A DNA stretch of 64,000 nt, from assembly GCA_049516255.1 (NCBI GenBank), contig JBEKTH010000005.1, positions 7,798 through 71,797 of the forward strand. Reading direction: 5' to 3'. This document shows positions 38,010 to 47,087 of the stretch, piece after piece; positions within the stretch are counted from its first letter, which is position 1, and the number at the start of each line of letters is the position of its first letter. Origin of the DNA: Verrucomicrobiota bacterium. GTDB lineage: Bacteria; Verrucomicrobiota; Verrucomicrobiia; Limisphaerales; UBA11358. The notes beneath the pieces are model-generated. The model was not told where the DNA came from, did no database searches, and worked only from the letters and a program-made list of their open reading frames with translations. The position numbers and the translations under genes are program-made.

Positions 38010-40319
38010 CTAGGGCAGCCAGATTGCCCGCCAGAACTGCGTCGGGACGGATGGATTCACGGAATTGGTGATGTTCAGCGTACCGGCCAGGGGGGTGTTG
38101 GTGCTGATGGAGGTCCACGTAATCAGATTGGTTGAGTTCTGAATGACATAAGGAACACCAGCCTGACCCTGGAGTTGAAAGACGAACTGGCTGGCGGCCG
38201 GTGGGACCAGCAGGGCCAGCAAGGTTGCCGGTGCCGGTGAGAGCGACAGGATCGTGGCCGAGTACGGCGGGAAGGCGTAATTGAAGTTGGTGCTCGCGCC
38301 GGAAAAATTCGTCGTGGCGATGTCCTGCAAGGCGGGACTCCCGTTGGTTTCGGCAGCGTCATCCTGAGGGATTCCGTAAGAGTAAACCGTGCCGCTTGAG
38401 GCCGGAGTGAAGCCGGCCACGGCCACCTGACCCGTGGAAGTAAGGGACGGGTCCTTGTTGATGGCCAGCACCGTCAGGCTGCCATCCAGCCGCCGGACTG
38501 CATAAACCGAGAGCAGTGAGTAATCGCTGGTTGCCGTCAGCACGGTATCGCCGGGTTGAACGAAGTGTTGCATGAGTTTGAAGGTGTAGAACGTCGGATA
38601 GAGCGTGTTCAGGTTGCCGATGATGCCCAGGTCACCGTTGGTGCGCCAGCCGTAGAGCGAAGCCGAAAAGTCGCCGCTGGTGTCCGTGCCATTCCGCAGA
38701 TCCCACCAGACGAAGGAATTGAACTCCGTCTTCGTCAACTGCGCGAGGCTGTCCGCCAGATAAAGGCCGTTGACGAGGCTCGTGGATTGTTTGCCTTCCG
38801 GGCCGGAATCGGCATTGTTCTCCGTGGCCAGCAGTTGAATGTTGGTGCCCGGGCTGCCGATATAATCCGTGATTTGCTGGCGCAGACTGGCGGCGTCGGA
38901 GGCCCAGTTCGCCGAAGCCTGCAGCAGGGCCGAGTCGTTGTCCGAGCCGGATTCGGAATAAAAGTGGTCCACCAGAAAATCCGGCGTCACGCCGGATGAA
39001 CTCAAGGTGGCAAGCATCACGGGCGTCCAGCCATTGTGATAAACCCCTTCGCGCGAGTTATACGCCGGATGGCTGGTGTTGTTGACGTAACTGTCCTCGC
39101 CGGGCGCGGAGACCACGCCGACTATGATCGTTGGGTCCACGGCTTTCATCAAGCCGATGTAATTCGTGGCGCGCAAGGCATAGGTATAAGGGTCGTTGGG
39201 CACGGCGTTGCTGTCGGTTTCCCACGTGCCATAAACCTCGTTGCCAATCTCCCAATCCTTCAAGCCCAGCGGCGCAGTCCGCGAGATGCGGAGGAAATTT
39301 TTGCCATCGTCCGTCCCCAACGGTGCGGCGGCGCGCAACGAGGCCCAAACTCCCGCCGTCTGCCAGTTGATGCCATTGGCATCCAAGCCCAGGGACACCG
39401 TGCTGGCGGTGGTGGCATTGCAATAAGCCACCCAAGCGGCCGCCTCCTGCGGCGTGCCGGTGCCGTAGTTGACGGTGATGATGGTCTGGGCATTGACGCT
39501 GGCATTGGTGATGACGTGGATGAAATTGGCGAACGACGTTGCCCACTGCCAGGTGTTCGCCAACGTCGTGTTCGAGACCCAGTGGTATTGGTCGGAGAGC
39601 GAACCCCCCGGCAGGCGAAGGATGCGCGTGCCCAGCTGGTTGAGCAGCGAAACCGTCGTGGAGGTGTCGTAGTAACTGTCCCACGTGGCGGCGTTCAGTC
39701 CGAACCAGCGCGTGTCGGCGGTGCGGAGGGGCTGGCCGGCATTGATGGCAAAATGCGTCAATGTAGGCGGCGGCACGACGGCATTGAGCTGGATGTCATC
39801 CAGGTAGAAGGTGGATTCGGTCGAACCGGCAGCATCCTGAAGGGCGAAGCCGGTGAAGTCGTTCGTATTGGCCACGCCGAGGGCCGACAGGGAAACCGTG
39901 TATTGCTGCCAGCTGTTGGCCAACGGCGTCGCCAGATGATAGCGGGCGCTTTGCGTGCCCGAGCTCAGATTGCCATACAACTGGAGCTGTTGACCGCCGA
40001 CGGTTCCGCCATTGAGCCAGAAGCTGATGCTGGCAAACCCGGTGGTGGTCAGGCTGGAATGATTCAACTGAATACCGCCGTAGGCGTTGGTGATGGTGAC
40101 GCTGATGGAATGGCTGCTTCCGGTATAGACCGGTGAAGTATTGGCGTAGTTCAATGTGACATTATAGCTGCCGTCCGACCAGCCGTTGACCAGCGAATTG
40201 GTGTAAATGGCCATGTTGGTCTGGGCCAGGGACAACACCGGCACCGTCAGTGAAAAAGCCAGAATTAATTTCGAAATGGTCAGAGGGATTCCTCCCGGAA
40301 CCTGTTTTTGCGGAGTCAT
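38010..40319 (-). CDS. Secreted clan GH-A glycoside hydrolase, paralog of 27510..30497
   Basis: LRLPGGSLSDQYHW, DWEIGNEVYGTWETDSNAVPNDPYTYA, LLATENNADSG. The C-terminal domain ends FWRAIWLP. Confidence 0.7.
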   Translation of the reverse strand: MTPQKQVPGGIPLTISKLILAFSLTVPVLSLAQTNMAIYTNSLVNGWSDGSYNVTLNYANTSPVYTGSSHSISVTITNAYGGIQLNHSSLTTTGFASISFWLNGGTVGGQQLQLYGNLSSGTQSARYHLATPLANSWQQYTVSLSALGVANTNDFTGFALQDAAGSTESTFYLDDIQLNAVVPPPTLTHFAINAGQPLRTADTRWFGLNAATWDSYYDTSTTVSLLNQLGTRILRLPGGSLSDQYHWVSNTTLANTWQWATSFANFIHVITNASVNAQTIITVNYGTGTPQEAAAWVAYCNATTASTVSLGLDANGINWQTAGVWASLRAAAPLGTDDGKNFLRISRTAPLGLKDWEIGNEVYGTWETDSNAVPNDPYTYALRATNYIGLMKAVDPTIIVGVVSAPGEDSYVNNTSHPAYNSREGVYHNGWTPVMLATLSSSGVTPDFLVDHFYSESGSDNDSALLQASANWASDAASLRQQITDYIGSPGTNIQLLATENNADSGPEGKQSTSLVNGLYLADSLAQLTKTEFNSFVWWDLRNGTDTSGDFSASLYGWRTNGDLGIIGNLNTLYPTFYTFKLMQHFVQPGDTVLTATSDYSLLSVYAVRRLDGSLTVLAINKDPSLTSTGQVAVAGFTPASSGTVYSYGIPQDDAAETNGSPALQDIATTNFSGASTNFNYAFPPYSATILSLSPAPATLLALLVPPAASQFVFQLQGQAGVPYVIQNSTNLITWTSISTNTPLAGTLNITNSVNPSVPTQFWRAIWLP

Positions 40320-40482
40320 TACCGCCCATTATAACCCACATCAGTGCTAAAGTCCAAATCAGTTTGAACCGGGTATTCGGTCCGATTTACCGGCCGGCCC
40401 ATGGCCAGCCGCTCGGCGCTTGCTGCCACCGGGTCGGTTGATATAGTCGCGGCCGTAGTGGCGTACCAACGAGGACCCGACC

Positions 40483-41484
40483 ATGTTACGACCGCCATCC
40501 TTGACCCAGGTGCTGCGATACCCGGTGACGACGTTTGTCGCGGGGCTGGCGCTGGCCGTTACGGGCATGTGGTGGTCGGGACAAAACATCGACGGGATGG
40601 TCATGAACGGCCGGGTATGGGCGGATTGGGAGTTGTGGCGCGCCCTGACCTGCACCTTGCCCCATGTCAACCTCTTCCACCTGGCGTTCAACCTGTATTG
40701 GTTCTGGACGTTTGGGACCCTAGTGGAACGGGTGTACGGCCATCTGAGGTGTGCCGGGATTTTTTTGCTGCTGGCGTTCGGTTCGTCGCTCGCGGAGTTC
40801 ACATTTTTCTCCGGCGGGGTGGGTCTGTCCGGGGTGGGCTACGGACTTTGGGGCATGTTGTGGGTGCTGGAGAAGCGGGATGCGCGGTTCACCGATGCGG
40901 TGGACCAGCAGACGTCGCAACTGTTCATTTTCTGGTTTCTCCTTTGCATCGTGCTGACCCTTGCCAACGTGATGCCGGTGGCGAATGTGGCGCATGGCGT
41001 GGGGGCGGGCATGGGAGCGCTGCTGGGATTGGCCGCGAGCAGCCGGGGCGCGGTGCGGTGGCGGAGCGTTGCGGGTCTGGCGGTTGCGGTGATTCTGGGT
41101 CTGGCCGGCTCCACCGTGTTCTGGCCCTGGGTCAATCTTACGTCCTATGCCCAACCGGTGGTCGAACAGGCCGGACTGGAGGCATTGAACCGGAACGACA
41201 GCCCGCGCGCGGTGAAATTGCTGGAAATATCCGCGCGGATGCGGCGGGCGCCGGCCCGGGCCTGGTACAATCTTGGCGCCGTCTATCGAGTTCTTGGGAG
41301 GGACAATGACGCACTTACTGCCTACGAACACGCCGCCCAAATGCCCGACGCCGACAGCGACATGCAGCAGGCGGCGCAGCAGATGAAGGATTATCTGGCC
41401 TGGAGAAATGGCAATTCAGGACAGGAACCAGGATCCCCAACCAATACCGTCCCGGCGGTTTCAAGCCCGCCAACCAATCAATAA
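40483..41484 (+). CDS. Rhomboid-family intramembrane serine protease with a C-terminal TPR-like region
   Basis: HVNLFHLAFN, GLSGVGYG (GxSG) and ANVAHGVGAGMG (catalytic His) motifs. Confidence 0.8.
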   Translation: MLRPPSLTQVLRYPVTTFVAGLALAVTGMWWSGQNIDGMVMNGRVWADWELWRALTCTLPHVNLFHLAFNLYWFWTFGTLVERVYGHLRCAGIFLLLAFGSSLAEFTFFSGGVGLSGVGYGLWGMLWVLEKRDARFTDAVDQQTSQLFIFWFLLCIVLTLANVMPVANVAHGVGAGMGALLGLAASSRGAVRWRSVAGLAVAVILGLAGSTVFWPWVNLTSYAQPVVEQAGLEALNRNDSPRAVKLLEISARMRRAPARAWYNLGAVYRVLGRDNDALTAYEHAAQMPDADSDMQQAAQQMKDYLAWRNGNSGQEPGSPTNTVPAVSSPPTNQ

Positions 41485-41685
41485 ACCATCGCGCGTTCCC
41501 GTGCGCGGATTTTCGTCAAAAAAAAACCGCTCCTCCCGCAACGTGGGAAGAACGATTTTGATTCCGGCAATGGTCGCCAAAATGACGGCCTCCGTTGTTC
41601 AGGTTTATGACGTCGGCAGAGGGTTGCGCCCTCCGCGACACCTGCGGCTGACACCAACCGGGGAGTGAAATTTCCGATTCCGGAC

Positions 41686-42693
41686 CTACCGGTTTACCGG
41701 GGGCAGGGGATAGCTGGATAGCGCCCGCATGTATTGCGCCCGTTCAAACGTGGCCGGGTCGGCGCAGTTTTTCTGGCTCAAACTGCCTTTGAGCTGGGTC
41801 ACGGATTCGTATTCGTGTTCCTCCAGCCACGCGACCATTTCCCGCTCGATCACGCCGATTTGCTGGACGCCATGCCGGATGAGCACGGAACAGAGCATCG
41901 TCACGTCCGCGCCGGCCATGAGCATTTTCAGCACGTCGGTGGCGCGATGCAGGCCGCTAGTCGCTGCCAGACTGGCATTCAGGCGGAGGTAAAGAATCGC
42001 GATCCAGCGCAACGGCAGCCGCATCGCCATCGGGGTGCTCAGCAGGATGTTCGGTTTCACCTCCAATGTTTCCAGATCAATGTCCGGCTGGTAGAACCGG
42101 TTGAACAGCACCAGGCCGTCGGCGCCCGCTTCGTCGAGCCGCTTGGCCATGTTCGCAAAATTGCTGAAGAAGGGGCTGAGTTTGACGGCCACGGGAATCG
42201 TCACCTGGGATTTCACGGCCTTGAGGATGTCCAGGTAGGTCTGCTCCACCTTCGCGCCGGTCAGCTCGAAATCCGTCGGGATGTAATAAATGTTCAGTTC
42301 CATTGCGTCCGCGCCGGTCTGTTCAATCTGTTTCGCATATTTTGTCCAGCCGCCGGTCGAGGAACAGTTCAGGCTCGCAATGATCGGAATGCGCGTCGCC
42401 TTTTTGGCCCGGGCGACGTGGTGGAGGTATTCCTCGGGGCCGATATGAAACGACTCCGGTTCGGGGAAATAGGTGAGCGCTTCGGCGAAACTTTCGGTTC
42501 CCTGCTCCAGATGATGCGCCAGTTCGGCGCGTTCCAGGCGCAGTTGCTCCTCGAACAGGGAATACAGCACCACTGCCGACGCCCCCGCGTCTTCCATCCG
42601 TTTGATGTTGTCAATTTCCTCCGACAATGGCGACGCTGCGGCGACGAGCGGCGTCCGCAGTTTCAAGCCGAGATAAGTGGTGTTCAGATTCAT
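41686..42693 (-). CDS. Dihydroorotate dehydrogenase-like (class 1 DHOD fold) protein
   Basis: 335 aa with N-terminal [18 protein letters not shown] and a TIM-barrel flavoenzyme pattern. Lies downstream of nifJ on the same strand. Confidence 0.7.
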   Translation of the reverse strand: MNLNTTYLGLKLRTPLVAAASPLSEEIDNIKRMEDAGASAVVLYSLFEEQLRLERAELAHHLEQGTESFAEALTYFPEPESFHIGPEEYLHHVARAKKATRIPIIASLNCSSTGGWTKYAKQIEQTGADAMELNIYYIPTDFELTGAKVEQTYLDILKAVKSQVTIPVAVKLSPFFSNFANMAKRLDEAGADGLVLFNRFYQPDIDLETLEVKPNILLSTPMAMRLPLRWIAILYLRLNASLAATSGLHRATDVLKMLMAGADVTMLCSVLIRHGVQQIGVIEREMVAWLEEHEYESVTQLKGSLSQKNCADPATFERAQYMRALSSYPLPPVNR

Positions 42694-42694
42694 G

Positions 42695-42730
42695 GTATTT
42701 ATGATTTACGATTTATAATTTATGATTGCG
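42695..42730. repeat. Left heptad arm of the four-helix-bundle cassette
   Basis: Its reverse complement, CGCAATCATAAATTATAAATCGTAAATCATAAATAC, matches the right arm at 27 of 31 aligned positions. Confidence 0.85.
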
Positions 42731-43069
42731 AGCCGTTCGTCTCGTGGCGCTGAAAATTTTGGTCAACTCAACTGCTTCCGTCTGCAATTCACCGACCTGT
42801 TTTGGCGGGACCAACGCGGCTCGTTTTGCCAATTCAATCCACAAATCCGTTTCGTCAGCTTCCTCCAGAACGATTGTAATTTTGTTTATGAAATCCGCGC
42901 GCGATTTTCCGCGCAGCGCCGAGCGATAATTCGACGCCTCCGAACAGCCGCTGCGCGCAATCTGATCGGCAATCGTTCTTCCTGATGGTTTGTTTGGAAG
43001 GGCGTCGGCAAATTTGAGAACCCGGACGGCGAATTGAATGGTCCTTTCTTTAAGTTCAATTGGATTCAT
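42713..43069 (-). CDS. Four-helix-bundle protein (23S rRNA intervening-sequence protein family)
   Basis: 118 aa: ERTIQFAVRVLKFADALP ... IADQIARSGCSEASNYRSA ... FINKITIVLEEADETDLWIEL. The last codons (RNHKL) and the stop lie in the heptad arm. Confidence 0.8.
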   Translation of the reverse strand: MNPIELKERTIQFAVRVLKFADALPNKPSGRTIADQIARSGCSEASNYRSALRGKSRADFINKITIVLEEADETDLWIELAKRAALVPPKQVGELQTEAVELTKIFSATRRTARNHKL

Positions 43070-43092
43070 ATGCCCTCAAAATTGATCCGGTA

Positions 43093-43128
43093 AAAAATCA
43101 TCAATTATAAATCATCAATCACAAATGA
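43093..43128. repeat. Right heptad arm of the four-helix-bundle cassette
   Basis: AAAAATCATCAATTATAAATCATCAATCACAAATGA, ending 2 nt below the nifJ stop codon (complement of 43131-43133), i.e. immediately downstream of nifJ. Confidence 0.85.
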
Positions 43129-43130
43129 CT

Positions 43131-46100
43131 CTACGGTTGTTGATCCGCCGTGGCGGCGGGTTTGGGTGTCGCCGTGACGGTTGCGCCGTTGCTGTTCGTC
43201 TTCAAATCGCGTCCGCCCAGATACTGGTAAAATTTCCAGCGCCGTTCGGAATCGGCCTGGGCCTGGGCAAAAAACTGTTTGGCCGCCTCCGGTTTGCTCT
43301 TGGTGAGCATCTTGAAGCGGTTTTCCGACAGCAGAAAATCCTGCACCTTGGCCTTCGCCGCCGGGGAATCCATTTGCAACGGATTTTCCCCGCGCTCGGT
43401 CCGGCGTGGATCGAACCGGTACAGCAGCCATTGACCGGAATCCACCGCCAGCTTCTGCTGCCGCGCGCCCACGCCCATGTCCACCGCGATGCCGTGGGCA
43501 ATACAATGGCTGTAGGCGATGATGAGCGAGGGGCCGGGATAGGATTCCGCCTCGACGAACGCGCGGAGCGTCTGCTCGTCCTTGGCGCCCAACGCCACGC
43601 TCGCCACGTAGATGTGGCCGTAGGTCATGGCGATAAGGCCGAGGTCTTTCTTGCCCATGGCCTTGCCGCCGGCGGCAAACTTGGCCACCGCGCCGCGCGG
43701 CGTGGACTTGGACATCTGCCCGCCGGTGTTGGAATAAACCTCCGTGTCGAGCACCAGCACATTCACGTCGCGCCCGCTGGCCAGCACGTGGTCCAGCCCG
43801 CCGTAGCCGATGTCGTAGGCCCAACCGTCGCCGCCGACAATCCACACGCTCTTCTTCACCAGTTGATCGGCGAGGCCCAGCAGCAATTTGGACTCCGGCG
43901 AACCGAGCCTCGCCAATTTTTGCTTCAACGCGGCCACGCGCTCGCGCTGGTCGTGGATGCCGGCCTCGTCGGATTGATTGGCATTGATGAGGCCCGCCAC
44001 GAGCTCATCGCCGAGTTGCGGCGCGAGTTTCTTCGCCAGTTCAACGGCAAATTCCCGTTGTTTGTCAATCGAGACACGGAAACCAAGGCCGAACTCCGCG
44101 TTGTCCTCGAACAACGAGTTGCACCAGGCCGGGCCGCGGCCCTCGGCATTTTTCGCGTAAGGCGTCGTGGGCAGGTTGCCGCCGTAAATCGAGGAACAAC
44201 CGGTGGCGTTGGCGATGACGGCGCGGTCACCGAACAATTGTGACAGCATTTTGAGATAAGGTGTCTCGCCGCAACCGGCGCAGGCGCCGCTGAATTCGAA
44301 CAGCGGTCGCAGGAGCTGTTGCTGGCGGAGCTGCGTCAGCTTGACCTTGCGCCGGTCCAGTTCGGGCAGATTGAGGAAGAAATTCCAGTTCTCGCGCTCC
44401 GGCAATCGCAGCGGCGCCTGCGGCCGCATGTTGATGGCCTTGAGTTTGGCCTCGGTTTTGTTGCGCGCCGGGCAGACGTCCACGCACAACGAGCAGCCGG
44501 TGCAATCCTCCGGTGCCACCTGCAGCGTGAACTTCCAGCCCTTGAACTCGGGATTGCGACTGTCCACGCTCTTGAACGTTGCGGGCGCCTGGGCGAGCGC
44601 CGCCGGCTCAAACACCTTCGCGCGGATGGTCGCATGCGGGCAGATGGCCACGCACTTGGCGCATTGGATGCAGATTTTTTCGTCCCAGACCGGGATCTCG
44701 ACAGCGAGATTGCGTTTCTCGTATTGGGCGGTGCCGGTGGGAAACGTGCCGTCGGCGGGGAACGCGCTCACGGGCAGTTCGTCACCTTCCCCGGCGGTGA
44801 GCCGGCCCAGCACGTTCTTCACAAAGGCCGGGGCGTCGGGCGAGAGGGGTGGAAGCAGGCCGCCGCTGCCGTTCACGCGGTTTGGGATCGGCACCTCGTG
44901 GAGGTGCTCCAGCGTGTTGTCCACGGCCTTGAGGTTCATGGCCACGACTTCCTCGCCTTTTTTACCGTAAGTTTTCTTGATGGAATACTTGATGGCTTCG
45001 ATGGCCTGGTCGCGCGGCAGCACGCCGGACAGCGCGAAGAAACAGACCTGCATGATGGTGTTGATGCGTCCGCCCATGCCGCTGTCGCGCGCCACCTTCG
45101 TCGCGTCGATCACATAAAACTTGACCTTCTTGGCAATCAGCGATTCCTGCACCGGCGTCGGCAGTTGGGACCAGATTTCGTCCGGGGAGTGGGGCGTGTT
45201 GAGCAGGAACGTCCCACCGGGCACCAGCGGTTTGACCATGTCGAATTTCTCCAGAAACATCGGCAGATGACAGGCCACAAAGTTCGCGCGCGTAATCAAA
45301 TACGTCGAGCGAATCGGCTTCGGCCCGAACCGCAGATGCGACACCGTCATGCTGCCGGACTTCTTGGAGTCATAGACGAAGTAACCCTGCGCGAAATTGC
45401 CGGTGCCTTCGCCGATGATTTTGATGGAATTTTTGTTCGCGCCCACCGTGCCATCCGCGCCCAGACCGTAGAACAACGCGCGAATCACGTCGTCGGATTC
45501 GGTTGAGAAGTTGTGATCCACCGGCAGGCTGGTGTGGGAGACGTCGTCGGTGATGCCGACGGTAAAATGGTTCTTCGGTTTCGCGGCGGCGAGATTGTCG
45601 AACACGGCCTTGACCATGGCCGGGGTGAATTCCTTGGAGGACAAACCGTAGCGCCCGCCGTACACCTTGGGCAGCCATTTGAGGTTGCCCCAGCCGTTGG
45701 CCATGCCTTCAAGAATCGCCGCGACGCAGTCCTGATAGAGTGGTTCGCCGGTGGCGCCCGGTTCCTTGGTGCGGTCCAGCACCGCCACCGATTTGGCCGA
45801 CCGCGGCAGTGCCTCGACAAACCGTTTGCTGTCAAACGGCCGGTACAGGCGCACCTTGATCAGGCCGAGCTTGGCGCCCTGCTGGTTCAGATGCTCCACG
45901 GTCTCGTGTGCGGTTTCGCAGCCTGAACCCATCAACACGAGGATGTGTTCCGCGTCCGGCGCGCCGACATATTCAAACAGATGATATTCTCGCCCGGTGT
46001 ATTGGAGGAATTCGTCCATGACCTTTTGCACGAGGTCCGGGCATCTGGCGTAAAACGGATTGGCCGCCTCGCGGCCCTGGAAGAACGCGTCGGGATTCTG

Positions 46101-46763
46101 CGCCGTGCCGCGCAGCACCGGCCGGTCCGGCGTCAGGCCGCGGGTGCGGATCTCGGCAATCAATTTGTCGTCAATCAGCGACCGCATGACGTCTTCGGAC
46201 AGCATTTCAATTTTTTGCACCTCGTGCGACGTGCGGAACCCGTCGAAGAAATGGATGAAAGGCAGGCGGGCGCGCAGGGTGGCGGCCTGGGAGATGAGCG
46301 CAAAATCCGCCGCCTCCTGCACGGACGCCGAACCGAGCATCGCCCAGCCGGTGGACCGCGCCGCCATGATGTCGCTGTGATCGCCAAAGATGGAAAGCGC
46401 ATGAGTGGCCACCGCGCGGGCGGTGACGTGAAAGACCGCGGGCAGCAGTTCGCCCGCGATCTTGAACATGTTGGGAATCATCAACATCAGTCCCTGTGAA
46501 GCCGTGAACGTGGTGGCGATGGAGCCGGTCTGCAACATGCCGTGGACCGCGCCCACCGCGCCGCCTTCGCTTTGCATTTCCACGATGGCCGGAATGGTGC
46601 CCCAGAGATTTTTTTTGCCTTCGGATGCCCATTGATCGCACCACTCGGCGATGGTTGAGGACGGAGTGATGGGGTAAATCGCCATGACTTCATTCAGGCG
46701 ATAGGCTGTGTGGGCGACCGCCTCGTTGCCGTCCACGGTCAGTAACGTCGTTTTGGCATTCAT
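43131..46763 (-). CDS. nifJ: Pyruvate:ferredoxin (flavodoxin) oxidoreductase
   Basis: 1210 aa with N-terminal TVDGNEAVAHTAYRLNEVMAIYPITPSS, twin ferredoxin motifs CIQCAKCVAICP and CTGCSLCVDVCP, and TPP motif GGDGWAYDIG. Confidence 0.93.
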   Translation of the reverse strand: MNAKTTLLTVDGNEAVAHTAYRLNEVMAIYPITPSSTIAEWCDQWASEGKKNLWGTIPAIVEMQSEGGAVGAVHGMLQTGSIATTFTASQGLMLMIPNMFKIAGELLPAVFHVTARAVATHALSIFGDHSDIMAARSTGWAMLGSASVQEAADFALISQAATLRARLPFIHFFDGFRTSHEVQKIEMLSEDVMRSLIDDKLIAEIRTRGLTPDRPVLRGTAQNPDAFFQGREAANPFYARCPDLVQKVMDEFLQYTGREYHLFEYVGAPDAEHILVLMGSGCETAHETVEHLNQQGAKLGLIKVRLYRPFDSKRFVEALPRSAKSVAVLDRTKEPGATGEPLYQDCVAAILEGMANGWGNLKWLPKVYGGRYGLSSKEFTPAMVKAVFDNLAAAKPKNHFTVGITDDVSHTSLPVDHNFSTESDDVIRALFYGLGADGTVGANKNSIKIIGEGTGNFAQGYFVYDSKKSGSMTVSHLRFGPKPIRSTYLITRANFVACHLPMFLEKFDMVKPLVPGGTFLLNTPHSPDEIWSQLPTPVQESLIAKKVKFYVIDATKVARDSGMGGRINTIMQVCFFALSGVLPRDQAIEAIKYSIKKTYGKKGEEVVAMNLKAVDNTLEHLHEVPIPNRVNGSGGLLPPLSPDAPAFVKNVLGRLTAGEGDELPVSAFPADGTFPTGTAQYEKRNLAVEIPVWDEKICIQCAKCVAICPHATIRAKVFEPAALAQAPATFKSVDSRNPEFKGWKFTLQVAPEDCTGCSLCVDVCPARNKTEAKLKAINMRPQAPLRLPERENWNFFLNLPELDRRKVKLTQLRQQQLLRPLFEFSGACAGCGETPYLKMLSQLFGDRAVIANATGCSSIYGGNLPTTPYAKNAEGRGPAWCNSLFEDNAEFGLGFRVSIDKQREFAVELAKKLAPQLGDELVAGLINANQSDEAGIHDQRERVAALKQKLARLGSPESKLLLGLADQLVKKSVWIVGGDGWAYDIGYGGLDHVLASGRDVNVLVLDTEVYSNTGGQMSKSTPRGAVAKFAAGGKAMGKKDLGLIAMTYGHIYVASVALGAKDEQTLRAFVEAESYPGPSLIIAYSHCIAHGIAVDMGVGARQQKLAVDSGQWLLYRFDPRRTERGENPLQMDSPAAKAKVQDFLLSENRFKMLTKSKPEAAKQFFAQAQADSERRWKFYQYLGGRDLKTNSNGATVTATPKPAATADQQP

Positions 46764-47087
46764 TTTTATTGATGAAAAAGTTGAAAATCCATGCGCCGTG
46801 AAACGGCACCGGCCATCGCAACGGCTCTGAAATCACAGTAGGCCGCCGCGCCGCGCCGGCCCTCACCTTTTTTGCTAAAGAAGCAACATGGGTTGCTTCA
46901 CCCGTCGGGAGGCCGGAAAAAACATCGTTCAAGCAGACGATTTCAACCTGAAAAACATCCTCTGGCAGCACCTCCGCGTCCATTCGTGGGGACGATCTGC
47001 CCGGGGAAATGCCGCCGTCCGGGGCTTCCGGGCGGAACGCCTGTCGACATCACAACCGGGCCGAAATCTGGGTTGAAAGACCGGCGC

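Noticed and set aside
41485-41685. Search for tRNA, ncRNA or strong intrinsic terminators in the rhomboid/DHOD-like spacer and other spacers (17944-18153, 46764-47087, 49845-50192).
   Set aside because: Only short GC hairpins without convincing U tracts were found. There are no tRNA-like T-arm or anticodon-arm signatures, and nothing I can match to a known RNA family by eye.
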